Position numbers and translations under genes: made by a program
The notes under the pieces: model-generated
The model's database searches: none
Seen by the model: the letters and a program-made list of their open reading frames with translations, nothing else
Told to the model about the DNA's origin: nothing
Shown: piece after piece, positions 17,880 through 28,049 of the stretch
Numbering within the stretch: the stretch's first letter is position 1
Layout: every line of letters begins with the position of its first letter
From: Candidatus Hadarchaeota archaeon
GTDB lineage: Archaea; Hadarchaeota; Hadarchaeia; Hadarchaeales; JAGGTB01
Direction: 5' to 3'
DNA length: 64,000 bases
Assembly (NCBI GenBank): GCA_964384105.1
Contig: CAYLJV010000001.1
Span: 320,001 to 384,000 of the forward strand

Positions 17880-20705
17880 TCAAAACTTGTTTTTTAGTAG
17901 ATTTTTTAAAGATTCCTTTGAAAGTGTTTTGAGTTTTCTGCAATTTCCTTGAGAAGTGTAGAGAATTTTCGCTGATATCTCTTTATTTTCAAATACTCCA
18001 TCAAGTGCATAATAATAAGCACTCAGCTGCTTTCGGTATTCCTCTTCATTAGTTCTTTCTTCATCCGTTTTGTAATCAACTATCTCTACTTTATCTCTCT
18101 CAACGTGAATCAGATCGATACATCCTTTCAGGACTATTCGCCTTCCATCAATTTCAAGCGGCAACAGACAAGTTTCCTCTACTATTAGATCTCCATTTAG
18201 TCCGTCCAAAAATTCTTTCACATTTTCCTCGTCAGAATTACTCGGTTTTACGTCTTCGCCCAAGCCGTAACGCTCGGCAAAGAGGTGAATTTTCTTGCCG
18301 TATTCTTCACCCTTTCCCGTCTTTGTTTCTACATTGAGCAAAGAACTTACAGGTACCTTGAGAGGAGATTTGTAAGGGGGTTTTTCGATTTTGAAATTCT
18401 CTATTTCTTTCTCTTCAGCCTTCACCCTTTTCGGTTCGATTTCTACCTCCGCCGATTCAATCTCGAGATTATCAAAGAACGGACTCGACCTGCCTATCTC
18501 GGAGCTCAAAAAGAGATATCTTTTGGCCCGGGTCATGGCCACGTACATTAGCCTCCTCTCCTCATCGTATTCTCCACTCAAGCATCGGTGCAGGATCTCC
18601 GTTCTCCAGTTATCGTAAATATAGGGCAACCCCTCGTCTCGGTAAATCTTCTTCTGTCTCAAACCTACTGGGTCCAGGTAATCTATTCTTCCACCCCCGC
18701 TACCACTGCTCGGAAATCTGGATTGATTAATATCGGAGACGAAAACTATCGGATGTTCGAGTCCTTTCTCCGCATGGATCGTACGGACTTTTACAACGTC
18801 TCCACTGCTACTGCTGTCTATCTCATATCTCGTATTATCTTCGATATTGTCCTCAATGAACTGCACAAGCCTTCCAGTGTTCATGTAAGTTCTCTTGAAA
18901 GTATTCTCGAGTATCTCGATAATCTTATCTGCGAAGGCGTTGGTGATACAGTATCGGTCGAAGACTCTTCTGGCAACGGCTGAAATGCTATCAATACCCC
19001 CAAGCTCCTTTCTGAAATCAATCATGTTTTTTGGATAATCTCTATTCTTCAAGATATACCTAGTTTCATCAAGGTTGTAACCGGCCTCTTCAAGAACTAC
19101 AGCCCAACCCCTTTTCGAATTTTCGTAGTTAAGGATTCTCAGCCATGCAAGAAGAATTATTGCCGGGTCGGTTTTGAAGAGTTCGGTACCACCCTCATAT
19201 ACGAGAGGGATACCATATGTTCTCCCTAATCTCTGAAGTTCTAGACCGAACTTAGAGGTCCGCGTTAGGATAACTATGTCACTGTAAGTTGGCTCTCTGA
19301 ACTTACCTTCTTCTCCGATAAGATAATTTGAATTTCCCACGATCTCTTGAATTTTTCCAAGAACCAACTTTTTTTCATCCTTACTCTTAAATGCCTCTAT
19401 CTTGGTTGGTCCTTTCATTTTCTCGCTCGACTCTAGTGAGGTGATTTCTTTCATTATCTCTTCTTTATCTAAACTCTCTTTCTTGGTAGCCTCGAGAATC
19501 AGGCTCTGTTCGGAAAATTTGAGTATCTCCTGAGAGGATCGATAATTTACCTTCAAGGGGATTTCTTTAACATTATCTACTTGATAACCGATTCGAGAGT
19601 AGTCCTCGTTAAGCTCCCGTCTGTATCTTTTCAATCTCTTCTCGAATTTTCTAATGTTGTCTACGTCCGCGTACTGGAAGGAGTAGATGCTTTGCTTCCA
19701 GTCTCCGACGGCGCAGATATTTGGACGGTTGGTGAGAAGTAGTGCGAGTTTGAGCTGGATCTCGCTCGTGTCCTGAAACTCATCAATCATGATATAGTCG
19801 TAACCGAGTTCCTTTCGTAGATCATGGTCTTCGCAGAGCAGAATGTAAGCGAACATAAGCAGAAAGTCAAAGTTGAGATAGTTTCTGTTCAGAGCGTACT
19901 TTATATATTCATAGTATACGTCGTGAACGAATCCTTTCAGATCTTCTCTATCTTCAAGAAATGCTTTCTCCGAAATTTCTTCGGGGACCTGCTTGCACCT
20001 AGAACCTCTGACCTCTACTGGTTCGGGTGCTCCTTCAGGGAAGCACTTATTTTTATATCCATTCAGCCGGGCCCGGAGTTCGGACTGTCTGTTTCCCTCG
20101 TTCTCCGGTTTGTTGACCTTTTTGAACAATTTTCCAAATTCCTCGAAATCGCCTTCGAGATAACTCTCCCCGTTCTGGTACCATCCGTCTTGAGTGGGAA
20201 ATATTCCCTTGGAGGCGAGTTTTTTGATCAAGTTTAACAGATTTTTAAAATCGTAGATTATTCTATAGTAATCTACATATTTTTGATTGTTATCTATAAA
20301 ACGGTTCATGAACCTTCTGAACTCCAGCCTTTCGAGAATCTCATTCTCGATAATGTTAGTTGAAGAAGTAATACTGTCTTGGATTCCTATAAGCTTCGGA
20401 GCTCCAAAACCGTGTGTTTTTATTATTCTGTTGCAGAGACTGTGAAAAGTGCAGATAGGTGCTTCTCTGAGTTCTCCTGGCCTGCGGTCTTTACAGAGAC
20501 TTATCACTTTCTTTTTCATTTCCTCGGCGGCGTTTTTTGTGAAGGTGACAAGGAGCAAGTCTTCTGGGTCTATATCTCGCTCTTGAAGGATATGGGCGTA
20601 TCTTCTTGTCACGGCAAAGGTCTTGCCAGTTCCCGCTCCTGCATCTACAAGATAGATACCATCTATATTTTCAATCAGCTCTTGTTGTTGCTCATTCGGT
20701 TTCAT
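17880..20705 (-). CDS. AddA/RecB-like UvrD helicase with C-terminal PD-(D/E)XK nuclease
   Basis: DAGAGTGKT, IDEFQDTS, VGDWKQSIYSF, NYRS, YVAMTRAK, then G.IDLI..IVDYKT..QL.AY. Confidence 0.9.
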   Translation of the reverse strand: MKPNEQQQELIENIDGIYLVDAGAGTGKTFAVTRRYAHILQERDIDPEDLLLVTFTKNAAEEMKKKVISLCKDRRPGELREAPICTFHSLCNRIIKTHGFGAPKLIGIQDSITSSTNIIENEILERLEFRRFMNRFIDNNQKYVDYYRIIYDFKNLLNLIKKLASKGIFPTQDGWYQNGESYLEGDFEEFGKLFKKVNKPENEGNRQSELRARLNGYKNKCFPEGAPEPVEVRGSRCKQVPEEISEKAFLEDREDLKGFVHDVYYEYIKYALNRNYLNFDFLLMFAYILLCEDHDLRKELGYDYIMIDEFQDTSEIQLKLALLLTNRPNICAVGDWKQSIYSFQYADVDNIRKFEKRLKRYRRELNEDYSRIGYQVDNVKEIPLKVNYRSSQEILKFSEQSLILEATKKESLDKEEIMKEITSLESSEKMKGPTKIEAFKSKDEKKLVLGKIQEIVGNSNYLIGEEGKFREPTYSDIVILTRTSKFGLELQRLGRTYGIPLVYEGGTELFKTDPAIILLAWLRILNYENSKRGWAVVLEEAGYNLDETRYILKNRDYPKNMIDFRKELGGIDSISAVARRVFDRYCITNAFADKIIEILENTFKRTYMNTGRLVQFIEDNIEDNTRYEIDSSSSGDVVKVRTIHAEKGLEHPIVFVSDINQSRFPSSGSGGGRIDYLDPVGLRQKKIYRDEGLPYIYDNWRTEILHRCLSGEYDEERRLMYVAMTRAKRYLFLSSEIGRSSPFFDNLEIESAEVEIEPKRVKAEEKEIENFKIEKPPYKSPLKVPVSSLLNVETKTGKGEEYGKKIHLFAERYGLGEDVKPSNSDEENVKEFLDGLNGDLIVEETCLLPLEIDGRRIVLKGCIDLIHVERDKVEIVDYKTDEERTNEEEYRKQLSAYYYALDGVFENKEISAKILYTSQGNCRKLKTLSKESLKNLLKNKF

Positions 20706-23283
20706 ATGTACCGCCTAAGATGAGATCTCTATTTTCCAAAATGTCGAGGTCAACATCCCCAATCGGGAAACCCTCTTTTTTGTATTCGTTCAAATTTTCG
20801 AGTTGTTTTGATAGGAATTCTTCGAATCTATCCAGGTCCTCTTTGAAGTAGTTTCTCAGCCGGAAACCGCAGAGTTTCTTCAATGTACTTCTGCACCCAT
20901 TTTTGACGTACTTATATTCTCCTACTATTCCCTGACTGTAACTGATGTATTCCTGGGATACTTCGGATCTCAGAAGCTCGTTCTTGTCGTACTCGTGGGG
21001 TAATTCTACATTCTTGAAAAAAGACCTGTAACTCGAATAACCTAATTTTTCCAGAGTCTTTCTTCTATTATTACTTTCACTTACACCCTCTATCAGGTAA
21101 TTGAAGGTTTTTCGCTCGGCTATTTGATCCGAAAAATTTCTTGGATAATAGGTGACAGTCTCAATGTTTTCTTGAATATTCGCATCACCTACAATAACAT
21201 TCTCTAAGTTATCCAGGAAGTGAAAGAAGCTGAACTTTAACTTTTCCCCAGGTCTAGCCATCCTGTGGTGCGCCAGATATAGAATCGCCTGAAAATCTGG
21301 GTCCTCCTCGAAAAGCTCTACGTTAGAGTTTCTAACGATAGACATGGAGCTATTTTTCTTCCCGCTCTTGTAGTCCACGAGATGATTCTTATCTAATATT
21401 AGGTCAACCTTTCCCTTAGCGCCTAACTCTGAATTTTCGAACCAGGCCTCTGTTATCTTGTCTTCGACACTTTTGTCGAAGTGATCTGCGAAAAAGTTAT
21501 CCCAAGACTTTTTCTTGTAATCTTCCAACTCTGAACTTTCGATGTCTCCTCTTTCCAGAAATTCAATGATATTTTCGATGCCTATTCTGATTTTGGTCTT
21601 AAGGATCTCTACCATGAAATTATCTATGAATGGATTCAGTTTTCCTGTCATAAGCTCCACGAATTTCTCATAACCTCTCTCCTCGACGAATTTTGGGTGA
21701 TTTACGTAGAATTCGGCGAAGTCGTGGAAGAGGGAACCCATCTTGAGATAGTGATTGTCCTCCATGGGTACCACCTGCGAAAAGAAGTATTCTTTTGGAC
21801 ACTTCACCAGTTTATTTAAGTCTGTCTGACTGATCACGTCAACCGGTTTGATTTTTATTTCATAATCCTCCTTTTCGAAGGCCGTTCTCTTTTCCTCGAC
21901 AGCTCCGGAATAATTCTTGTGGGGAAGGTCTGTGAAAGTATCAAACTCTTCCTCGAGGATCTCGTCGAAGTAGAGACATGGTGTGATATCGTTTCCCATT
22001 TCGCTATCTCTCACTAGAAAATGTTGTCGCTCGCCGTTCTGTAGCAGCAGTTCGAAATTTTTCAAGTTTTTTATTTCAAAATCCCTTTTGTCTGTCCACG
22101 GTTTTTCGGGACTATCGTGTTCCCATTCAGAGTCCATCCCTAGATAAAATACTATGGGGCGATCCACGAATGAGGATGACTTAGGTGAAGCCAATAGAAT
22201 ACCAATTTCTGAGTCACCTACTTGAATGTCGAAAGAATCGAAGTAGTATTCTAATCTATTCACATTTTCTTCCGTAATTCTCTCGTTCAGAATATCTACT
22301 TCTTCAAGTTTTTCTCGAACTCCCGAAATCTTTCTTCCTATCAATTCCTCGTATTTATTGACTATATCTTCGAATGTGAGTTCTTCAATATTGGAGATTA
22401 AGTTCTTGACTTTGTCTAACTCGCTGATTTCTAAATCTGCTAGGAATTCTCTGTTGTGTTTGATCGAAACATTTGTATTGAGACTTTTGAGGATAGGTTG
22501 AATATCTCTCAATCTGAGACGTCTTCCCGAAAGGCCGGATTTTAGGATAAACAAAATCGTCCTAAAGTCGTCGTTCTCGGAGAAGTCCTTACCCAGCATG
22601 AACGGAATGTTTTCGGAACGTAAGAGAGAACGGAGGAGTGGGGTGTATTCGCTATCTGGACTAACTACGATTGCTAAGTCTTCGGCATTTTCCCTGTTAA
22701 TATTCTTTCTTATGGCTTGGAGGATATCTGTTACGGTTCCAAATACTTTGAATTCTGGTAATTTTCTTTTTTTATTTTCAAAGACATTCACGACATCGTA
22801 CTTTTCCGGTATGACTTTCATATCCAGCTTGTTAAATTGGTAAGGGGCTATTACTGCTAATGAGTTCTCTTTCTCTTGTTCAAAATTTTCCATGGCACTG
22901 TAAATGTTAGGAGTTCTTTCTATGATCCTAATGATTTCACGAGTGGTTTTGCTATCAAATCGGTTGTATTCGAGGATTTTTTGTAATTCTCCAGTATTTT
23001 TCCAACAGTCTAATATATTTTCTAAAAGGTAGAATGCCTCTTTCCATGAAATATCAATTTCTCGAATAACTTTAATAAATAGCTGTCTCTCATCTGCGAT
23101 TTCTTTATTTCCGTTTTTACTGTAGGCTAATCTCTTTGGAGTGATTGCGAACTCTCCCAGGTGCGGACTCTGAATTCTATTGTTAAGGGCATCGGCTAAA
23201 GGAGCTTCAACCGTGAGAACCAAGTCGTAGTCCTTAACCTTTTCATATATATGGTCAATCCCGATAGCTTTTCTAATTTTCAA
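20692..23283 (-). CDS. AddB-like protein (inactive helicase scaffold plus PD-(D/E)XK nuclease)
   Basis: No Walker A. ISQT.L..L..CP..YFF, G.LFH and KGKVDL..LVDYKSG..Q..LY. Overlaps the addA-like start by 14 bp. Confidence 0.82.
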   Translation of the reverse strand: MKIRKAIGIDHIYEKVKDYDLVLTVEAPLADALNNRIQSPHLGEFAITPKRLAYSKNGNKEIADERQLFIKVIREIDISWKEAFYLLENILDCWKNTGELQKILEYNRFDSKTTREIIRIIERTPNIYSAMENFEQEKENSLAVIAPYQFNKLDMKVIPEKYDVVNVFENKKRKLPEFKVFGTVTDILQAIRKNINRENAEDLAIVVSPDSEYTPLLRSLLRSENIPFMLGKDFSENDDFRTILFILKSGLSGRRLRLRDIQPILKSLNTNVSIKHNREFLADLEISELDKVKNLISNIEELTFEDIVNKYEELIGRKISGVREKLEEVDILNERITEENVNRLEYYFDSFDIQVGDSEIGILLASPKSSSFVDRPIVFYLGMDSEWEHDSPEKPWTDKRDFEIKNLKNFELLLQNGERQHFLVRDSEMGNDITPCLYFDEILEEEFDTFTDLPHKNYSGAVEEKRTAFEKEDYEIKIKPVDVISQTDLNKLVKCPKEYFFSQVVPMEDNHYLKMGSLFHDFAEFYVNHPKFVEERGYEKFVELMTGKLNPFIDNFMVEILKTKIRIGIENIIEFLERGDIESSELEDYKKKSWDNFFADHFDKSVEDKITEAWFENSELGAKGKVDLILDKNHLVDYKSGKKNSSMSIVRNSNVELFEEDPDFQAILYLAHHRMARPGEKLKFSFFHFLDNLENVIVGDANIQENIETVTYYPRNFSDQIAERKTFNYLIEGVSESNNRRKTLEKLGYSSYRSFFKNVELPHEYDKNELLRSEVSQEYISYSQGIVGEYKYVKNGCRSTLKKLCGFRLRNYFKEDLDRFEEFLSKQLENLNEYKKEGFPIGDVDLDILENRDLILGGTYETE

Positions 23284-23479
23284 AAATACACCTTTTCAAA
23301 AACTACAATTTTCTTTCAGTTTTGATGACAATTATAATTTCTCAAATTTTTTGCATTTGTTTTCGTAAGATAATGGATTACGAAACTTGAGAGTAGAGTA
23401 ATTGTTTGGGTAGTTGATATGATTAGTTTTTAGATCTTAAAGTTACATCTATATATTATAACACCGTTATATTTTTAAG

Positions 23480-23493
23480 TTAGGTATGCCTAA
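23480..23493. promoter_or_regulatory. DtxR/IdeR-type iron operator TTAGG-TATG-CCTAA next to a TATA-like TTTTTAAG
   Basis: Palindrome matches the TTAGG-N4-CCTAA DtxR-family core and lies 20 nt upstream of the FTR1 ATG. Confidence 0.7.
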
Positions 23494-23513
23494 TTCTCAG
23501 CTAAGTGGTGACT

Positions 23514-24389
23514 ATGGTAGTATATCCATATGTTGTGTCTCTTAGAGAAGGGCTAGAAGCGGCGTTAATCATAGCGATCCTTATAGGATACCTCACGAAA
23601 ATAAAGAGACCGGAATTAAGCAAGTATGTTTGGACGGGTGTTTTAGGAGCGATATCGGCCAGTCTTGGTTTAGGGGCTGGGATGTGGATTGTTTATGGAG
23701 AACTTGGTGGATTAGGAGAGAAACTTTTTGAGGCGGGGGCTGCTGGTACGGCTGTTGTGGTGCTTACATATATGATCTTTTGGATGGCAAAAAATGCTAA
23801 AAAGATTAAAGGTGAACTCGAAGAAAGAATAGACACCACAATTTCTAAAAGATGGTTGTATGGGATAACTTTCCTTGCTTTTATAACTGTTTTTAGAGAA
23901 GGGCTAGAAACAGTTCTATTTCTCACGGCCTCAACATTTTCGGATCCTACTGGAACAGTGATAGGTGCAGGTGCGGGGTTTGCTACAGTTATAGCGATTG
24001 GAGTACTTTTGCTTCGTGGATCTAGAAGCTTGCCTATTCGAAGATTTTTCACTTTTACTAGTGTCCTTCTTTTAATCTTTGCAGCAGGCATCTTAAGTTA
24101 CGGAATGCATGAGGGAATAGAAGCTTTGGAAATAGCAGGACACGAGTTAGAATGGTTGGGGAGTAAAGCCTATGATATTACACCTTCAGTTAGCTCGATA
24201 TTCCATCCTGAGGAAGGTGTTATAGGGGCAGTAATTCAGGGTTTGATAGGAAGGGTTTACCCGAGCCCTGAATGGCTCACATTGATTGTTTACAAACTCT
24301 ATTGGCTGATTGTTGGAATTTACATGTTGAAAGTTTATGTTCCGGAGAAGCTCAATGATCTCGGAGGCAGGTTGTTACGCATAAATTAA
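23514..24389 (+). CDS. FTR1 family high-affinity iron permease
   Basis: Two REGLE motifs and about 7 TM helices. ATG 23514 after GGTGA. Confidence 0.93.
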   Translation: MVVYPYVVSLREGLEAALIIAILIGYLTKIKRPELSKYVWTGVLGAISASLGLGAGMWIVYGELGGLGEKLFEAGAAGTAVVVLTYMIFWMAKNAKKIKGELEERIDTTISKRWLYGITFLAFITVFREGLETVLFLTASTFSDPTGTVIGAGAGFATVIAIGVLLLRGSRSLPIRRFFTFTSVLLLIFAAGILSYGMHEGIEALEIAGHELEWLGSKAYDITPSVSSIFHPEEGVIGAVIQGLIGRVYPSPEWLTLIVYKLYWLIVGIYMLKVYVPEKLNDLGGRLLRIN

Positions 24390-24515
24390 AATTTGCGAAA
24401 TCTTTTTGAACTGATGATTTTTTCGTAAATGGAGACAATGATTAATAAGCCTTTAGAATGATTAACGGAATGGAAAGCAACTTTTAGCTAGCTAAAAAAT
24501 TGAGAGGTGTTGAAT

Positions 24516-24722
24516 ATGGGAAATAAGGAAGGTATTGAAGTAGGAGATACAGTTGAGCTATTGATCAGCCCGAATGGTAGAGGCAGAGGTGTATTCGCAG
24601 AGGTCAAAGAGGTTAAAGAAATTGAGTGTAAAGTTTGCATCCACACGGAGGAATACCCGTGGATGGATGGAGATGAAAAGTGTTTACCATACTCCCTTGT
24701 TAGAAAAGCCGATTCAGAATGA
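24516..24722 (+). CDS. Small hypothetical protein (KOW/SH3-like beta barrel?)
   Basis: GAGGTG SD. IEVGDTVELL..AEVKEV pattern. Confidence 0.55.
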   Translation: MGNKEGIEVGDTVELLISPNGRGRGVFAEVKEVKEIECKVCIHTEEYPWMDGDEKCLPYSLVRKADSE

Positions 24723-24908
24723 GTTCTAAATTAACGAAAAATAAACAAAATGTTATCTTTAATTCTATTTTAGTTTCCAATTTATTAATAAAAAGGGAAT
24801 TTACACCTTTATTTTGGTTATATAGGCCATTTAAGACACTCTCATCTCTAACAGTAAGTTTAATAAGTTAAGTATCAATTCTAGAATTGAATTCAAGAGG
24901 TCTTAGAA

Positions 24909-25448
24909 ATGAAAGAAATTAGAATTCATGGTAGAGGTGGTCAAGGTTCAGTGACGATGTCTCGATTGTTGGCACAGGCCGCTTTCGAGGATGGAATGTG
25001 GGCTCAAGGGTTCCCCTCTTTTGGTGTTGAGAGATTGGGAGCACCGGTAGTTGCTTTTACACGAATCGATGATAAGAAAATTACAGATAGAAGTCAGGTC
25101 GAAGAGCCTGATTACGTAATTATTCAGGACCCGACGCTTATTGGATTGGTCAATGTACTCGAAGGATTGAAGGACGACGGAATGATTCTCGTTAATACCG
25201 AGAAGTCACCAGAAAAACTAGGATTGGACACCAAGGCTAAGGTCGTCACCGTTGATGCTACTAACATAGCATTAGAGCATCTAGGAAGACCGATAATGAA
25301 TACTGCTTTAGCTGGAGCTTTTGCTGGAGCGAGTGGAATGATCGAAAAAGATAGTCTTAATAAAGTGGTTAAGAGAAATTTCCCCGGTAAGATCGGAGAA
25401 AAGAATGTTAATGCAATAAACGCTGCTTATGAAAAGGTGGTGAAGTAA
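24909..25448 (+). CDS. porG: Pyruvate:ferredoxin oxidoreductase gamma subunit
   Basis: [11 protein letters not shown] and [13 protein letters not shown]. Confidence 0.93.
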   Translation: MKEIRIHGRGGQGSVTMSRLLAQAAFEDGMWAQGFPSFGVERLGAPVVAFTRIDDKKITDRSQVEEPDYVIIQDPTLIGLVNVLEGLKDDGMILVNTEKSPEKLGLDTKAKVVTVDATNIALEHLGRPIMNTALAGAFAGASGMIEKDSLNKVVKRNFPGKIGEKNVNAINAAYEKVVK

Positions 25449-25733
25449 ATGGTTAAAGATCCATACAAAAAGTTGAAGTTAACCAAGGGCGCGATAGTTG
25501 CACCTTGTACGACTTTAGCGAATAAGACAGGTAGTTGGAGAACTTTCCGACCTATTGTGGATCATGAAAAGTGCATATCCTGCGGAACTTGTGAGAAGTT
25601 CTGTCCGGATATGGCGATAAAGGATGTCGGAGAAGGTAGATACGAAGTAGACCTAGATTATTGCAAAGGTTGCGGAATATGTGCCGAAGAATGTCCAGTT
25701 GATGCGATAGAAATGAAGAAGGAGGAGAAATAA
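25449..25733 (+). CDS. porD: Pyruvate:ferredoxin oxidoreductase delta subunit, 2x[4Fe-4S]
   Basis: NKTGSWR, CISCGTC..CP and YCKGCGICAEECP. Confidence 0.93.
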   Translation: MVKDPYKKLKLTKGAIVAPCTTLANKTGSWRTFRPIVDHEKCISCGTCEKFCPDMAIKDVGEGRYEVDLDYCKGCGICAEECPVDAIEMKKEEK

Positions 25734-26957
25734 ATGGCTGATGCTGTTTTAATAGGATTTGATGCGGTTGCGAAAGCAGTCAAGCCCTGCGATCCTGATG
25801 TCATCTCGGCGTATCCAATTACGCCGCAGACCGATATCGTTGAGCACTTGGCTGATATGGTAGCCGACGGTGAGCTCACTAGCGAGTTTATCAAGGTAGA
25901 TAGTGAATTTAACGCTGCATCCACCTGTATAGGTGCGAGCGCAGCAGGCGCACGAGTTTTCAGCGCAACGAGTTCTCAAGGCCTTAAGCTGATGAGCGAA
26001 GTGCTCTTCAGTGCTTCTGGAATGAGATTGCCATTGGTTCTTGCAGTTGCCAATAGAAGTCTTTCAGCACCCCTCAGTATATGGAACGACCATACAGATT
26101 CCTTTGCTGAGAGGGATGGAGGGATGATCCAGTTCTACGCTGAGGATGTACAGGAAGCGATGGACAATGTGGTAATGGCTTACAAAGTTGCCGAGGACAA
26201 AGATATCTCTCTTCCAGCTCTTGCTTGCTTGGATGGGTTCATATTGACTCATGTCCAGGAACCCGTTGAGACCTTCACTCGTGAAGAAGTCTTGGAGTTC
26301 CTTCCGGATAGAGAGCCCGAATTTACATTGGACCCTTCTAATCCGACGACTTTCGGTGCCTATGCACGACCAGAACACTGGGCAGAGTCCAGATATATGG
26401 TACATAAAGCACAGATGAAGGCAAAGGACAAGATAGCAGATGCGGTTAAGGATTTCGCAGATGTATTTGGCAGAGAATACGGTCTTGAAAACAGAGGTCT
26501 TGTAGAAACTTACAGAGCTGAAGATGCAGATGTTCTACTTCTGTCGCTAGGAAGTGTTTGTGGAACGATAAGGTCGGTAATTGACGAATACAGAGAGAAG
26601 GGTGAAAAAGTAGGCCTTGTCAAACTTAGAGTTTACAGGCCATTCCCTGTTGAGGAGCTCAGAGAGATTCTAGATGGTGCGAAAGCACTAGCGGTTTTGG
26701 AAAAGGATATTTCAGTAGGTTACCAAGGTGCTTTAGCAATTGACGTTAAGTCAGCTTTGTACCCAACTGGTGTAAGGTTGCCGATACTGAACTTCATAGT
26801 TGGTCTTGCGGGCCGAGATGTTTCCAAGAATAACATCAGAAACGTGATAGAGAAGACTAAGGACTTCGCAGAGAAAGGAACTCACGAAATGAACTTCGAC
26901 GAAGAAGAATATTGGGAGCCCCTCAAAAGAGAGCTACTACCCGAAGGAGTTGATTAA
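25734..26957 (+). CDS. porA: Pyruvate:ferredoxin oxidoreductase alpha subunit
   Basis: AYPITPQT, ATSSQGL and NRSLSAPLSIWNDH. Confidence 0.93.
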   Translation: MADAVLIGFDAVAKAVKPCDPDVISAYPITPQTDIVEHLADMVADGELTSEFIKVDSEFNAASTCIGASAAGARVFSATSSQGLKLMSEVLFSASGMRLPLVLAVANRSLSAPLSIWNDHTDSFAERDGGMIQFYAEDVQEAMDNVVMAYKVAEDKDISLPALACLDGFILTHVQEPVETFTREEVLEFLPDREPEFTLDPSNPTTFGAYARPEHWAESRYMVHKAQMKAKDKIADAVKDFADVFGREYGLENRGLVETYRAEDADVLLLSLGSVCGTIRSVIDEYREKGEKVGLVKLRVYRPFPVEELREILDGAKALAVLEKDISVGYQGALAIDVKSALYPTGVRLPILNFIVGLAGRDVSKNNIRNVIEKTKDFAEKGTHEMNFDEEEYWEPLKRELLPEGVD

Positions 26958-26959
26958 AA

Positions 26960-27925
26960 ATGGCTACAGAAGCTAAAGAACTAGAGACTGATAAAAAGTT
27001 TAAGCACGAGGAAGATCTTTACTGTTCAGGGCATAGAGCTTGCCCGGGCTGTGGAGCAGCTCTAGCTTGTAAATACGTCACAGAGGCTACAGGTCCTAAT
27101 ACGATAATAGCCATGCCTACCGGATGTATGGAGGTAACTTCTACTCCATTCCCCGAGAGTGCATGGGGTGTAAGCTGGATACACAATCTCTTCGAAAATG
27201 CAGCATCGATTGCGTCTGGTGTTGAAACGGCTTACAAGTCGTTCAAGAAGAGAGGTGTAAAGAAGCGCGGCGATAAGACTTTCATGGACTACGACGATGT
27301 GAATTTCGTGGCATTAGCTGGAGACGGATCTACTTTCGATATAGGGATCAGAGCCCTAAGTGGTATGCTCGAGAGAAGGCATGATGTGCTCTACATCTGC
27401 TACGACAACGAAGCTTACATGAATACTGGTATACAGAGAAGTGGGTCTACCCCGCTCGGTGCGAGTACTACGACAAGTCCTGCCGGTGATGTTAGTTACG
27501 GTGAGGATATCCACAAAAAGGATATGCCGAAGATTGTGGCTGCGCATGGAGTGGAATACGTGGCAACTGCGAACATAGCTTATCCTGAGGACTTCAAAGC
27601 TAAGATAGAGAAAGCGCTTAAGATAGAGGGGCCTAAGTACATACAAGTTTTTGCACCGTGTCCAAGAGGTTGGAGACACGAGGCACAGAACGTAGTGAAA
27701 ATAGCTCGAATGGCTCACGAAACGGCAGTTTACCCGATATACGAGATGGAAAACGGCGAAATAACCAAAGTGAAGAAGATAAAAGATCGCAAGCCGGTTG
27801 AGGAGTACCTTAAGTTGCAAGGAAGATTCAAGCATCTCTTCAAGAAAGAAGGTGGAGAGAAAGTCATCAAAGAGATTCAGAGAGTTGCTGACCAGAACGC
27901 AAAGAACCTTGATCTAGAAAAATAG
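26960..27925 (+). CDS. porB: Pyruvate:ferredoxin oxidoreductase beta subunit
   Basis: GHRACPGCG, TGCMEV, GDG..DNEAYMNTG (TPP-binding) and PCPRGW. Confidence 0.93.
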   Translation: MATEAKELETDKKFKHEEDLYCSGHRACPGCGAALACKYVTEATGPNTIIAMPTGCMEVTSTPFPESAWGVSWIHNLFENAASIASGVETAYKSFKKRGVKKRGDKTFMDYDDVNFVALAGDGSTFDIGIRALSGMLERRHDVLYICYDNEAYMNTGIQRSGSTPLGASTTTSPAGDVSYGEDIHKKDMPKIVAAHGVEYVATANIAYPEDFKAKIEKALKIEGPKYIQVFAPCPRGWRHEAQNVVKIARMAHETAVYPIYEMENGEITKVKKIKDRKPVEEYLKLQGRFKHLFKKEGGEKVIKEIQRVADQNAKNLDLEK

Positions 27926-27960
27926 GAAGTTTAATTGATTTTCGAATTTCTCGAAAATCA

Positions 27961-27983
27961 TTTCTTTTTCTTTTTTTATTTTT
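27961..27983 (+). terminator. T-rich terminator after porB
   Basis: TTTCTTTTTCTTTTTTTATTTTT. Confidence 0.45.
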
Positions 27984-28049
27984 CAAATACACAGGGTAAT
28001 GGGGATAATTTTTAATTTTTCTATTAGAAAGAATAATCTGGTGATATTT

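Noticed and set aside
17827-17943. Apparent 64-bp overlap of the DpnI ORF with the AddA-like gene
   Set aside because: Similarity to DpnI begins at ATG 17826. The extension is an ORF-caller artefact.
16885-23500. Integrated element at tRNA-Asn carrying AddAB/DpnI
   Set aside because: No integrase, and no duplicated tRNA 3' end (att) seen near 23283-23500 or elsewhere in the window.
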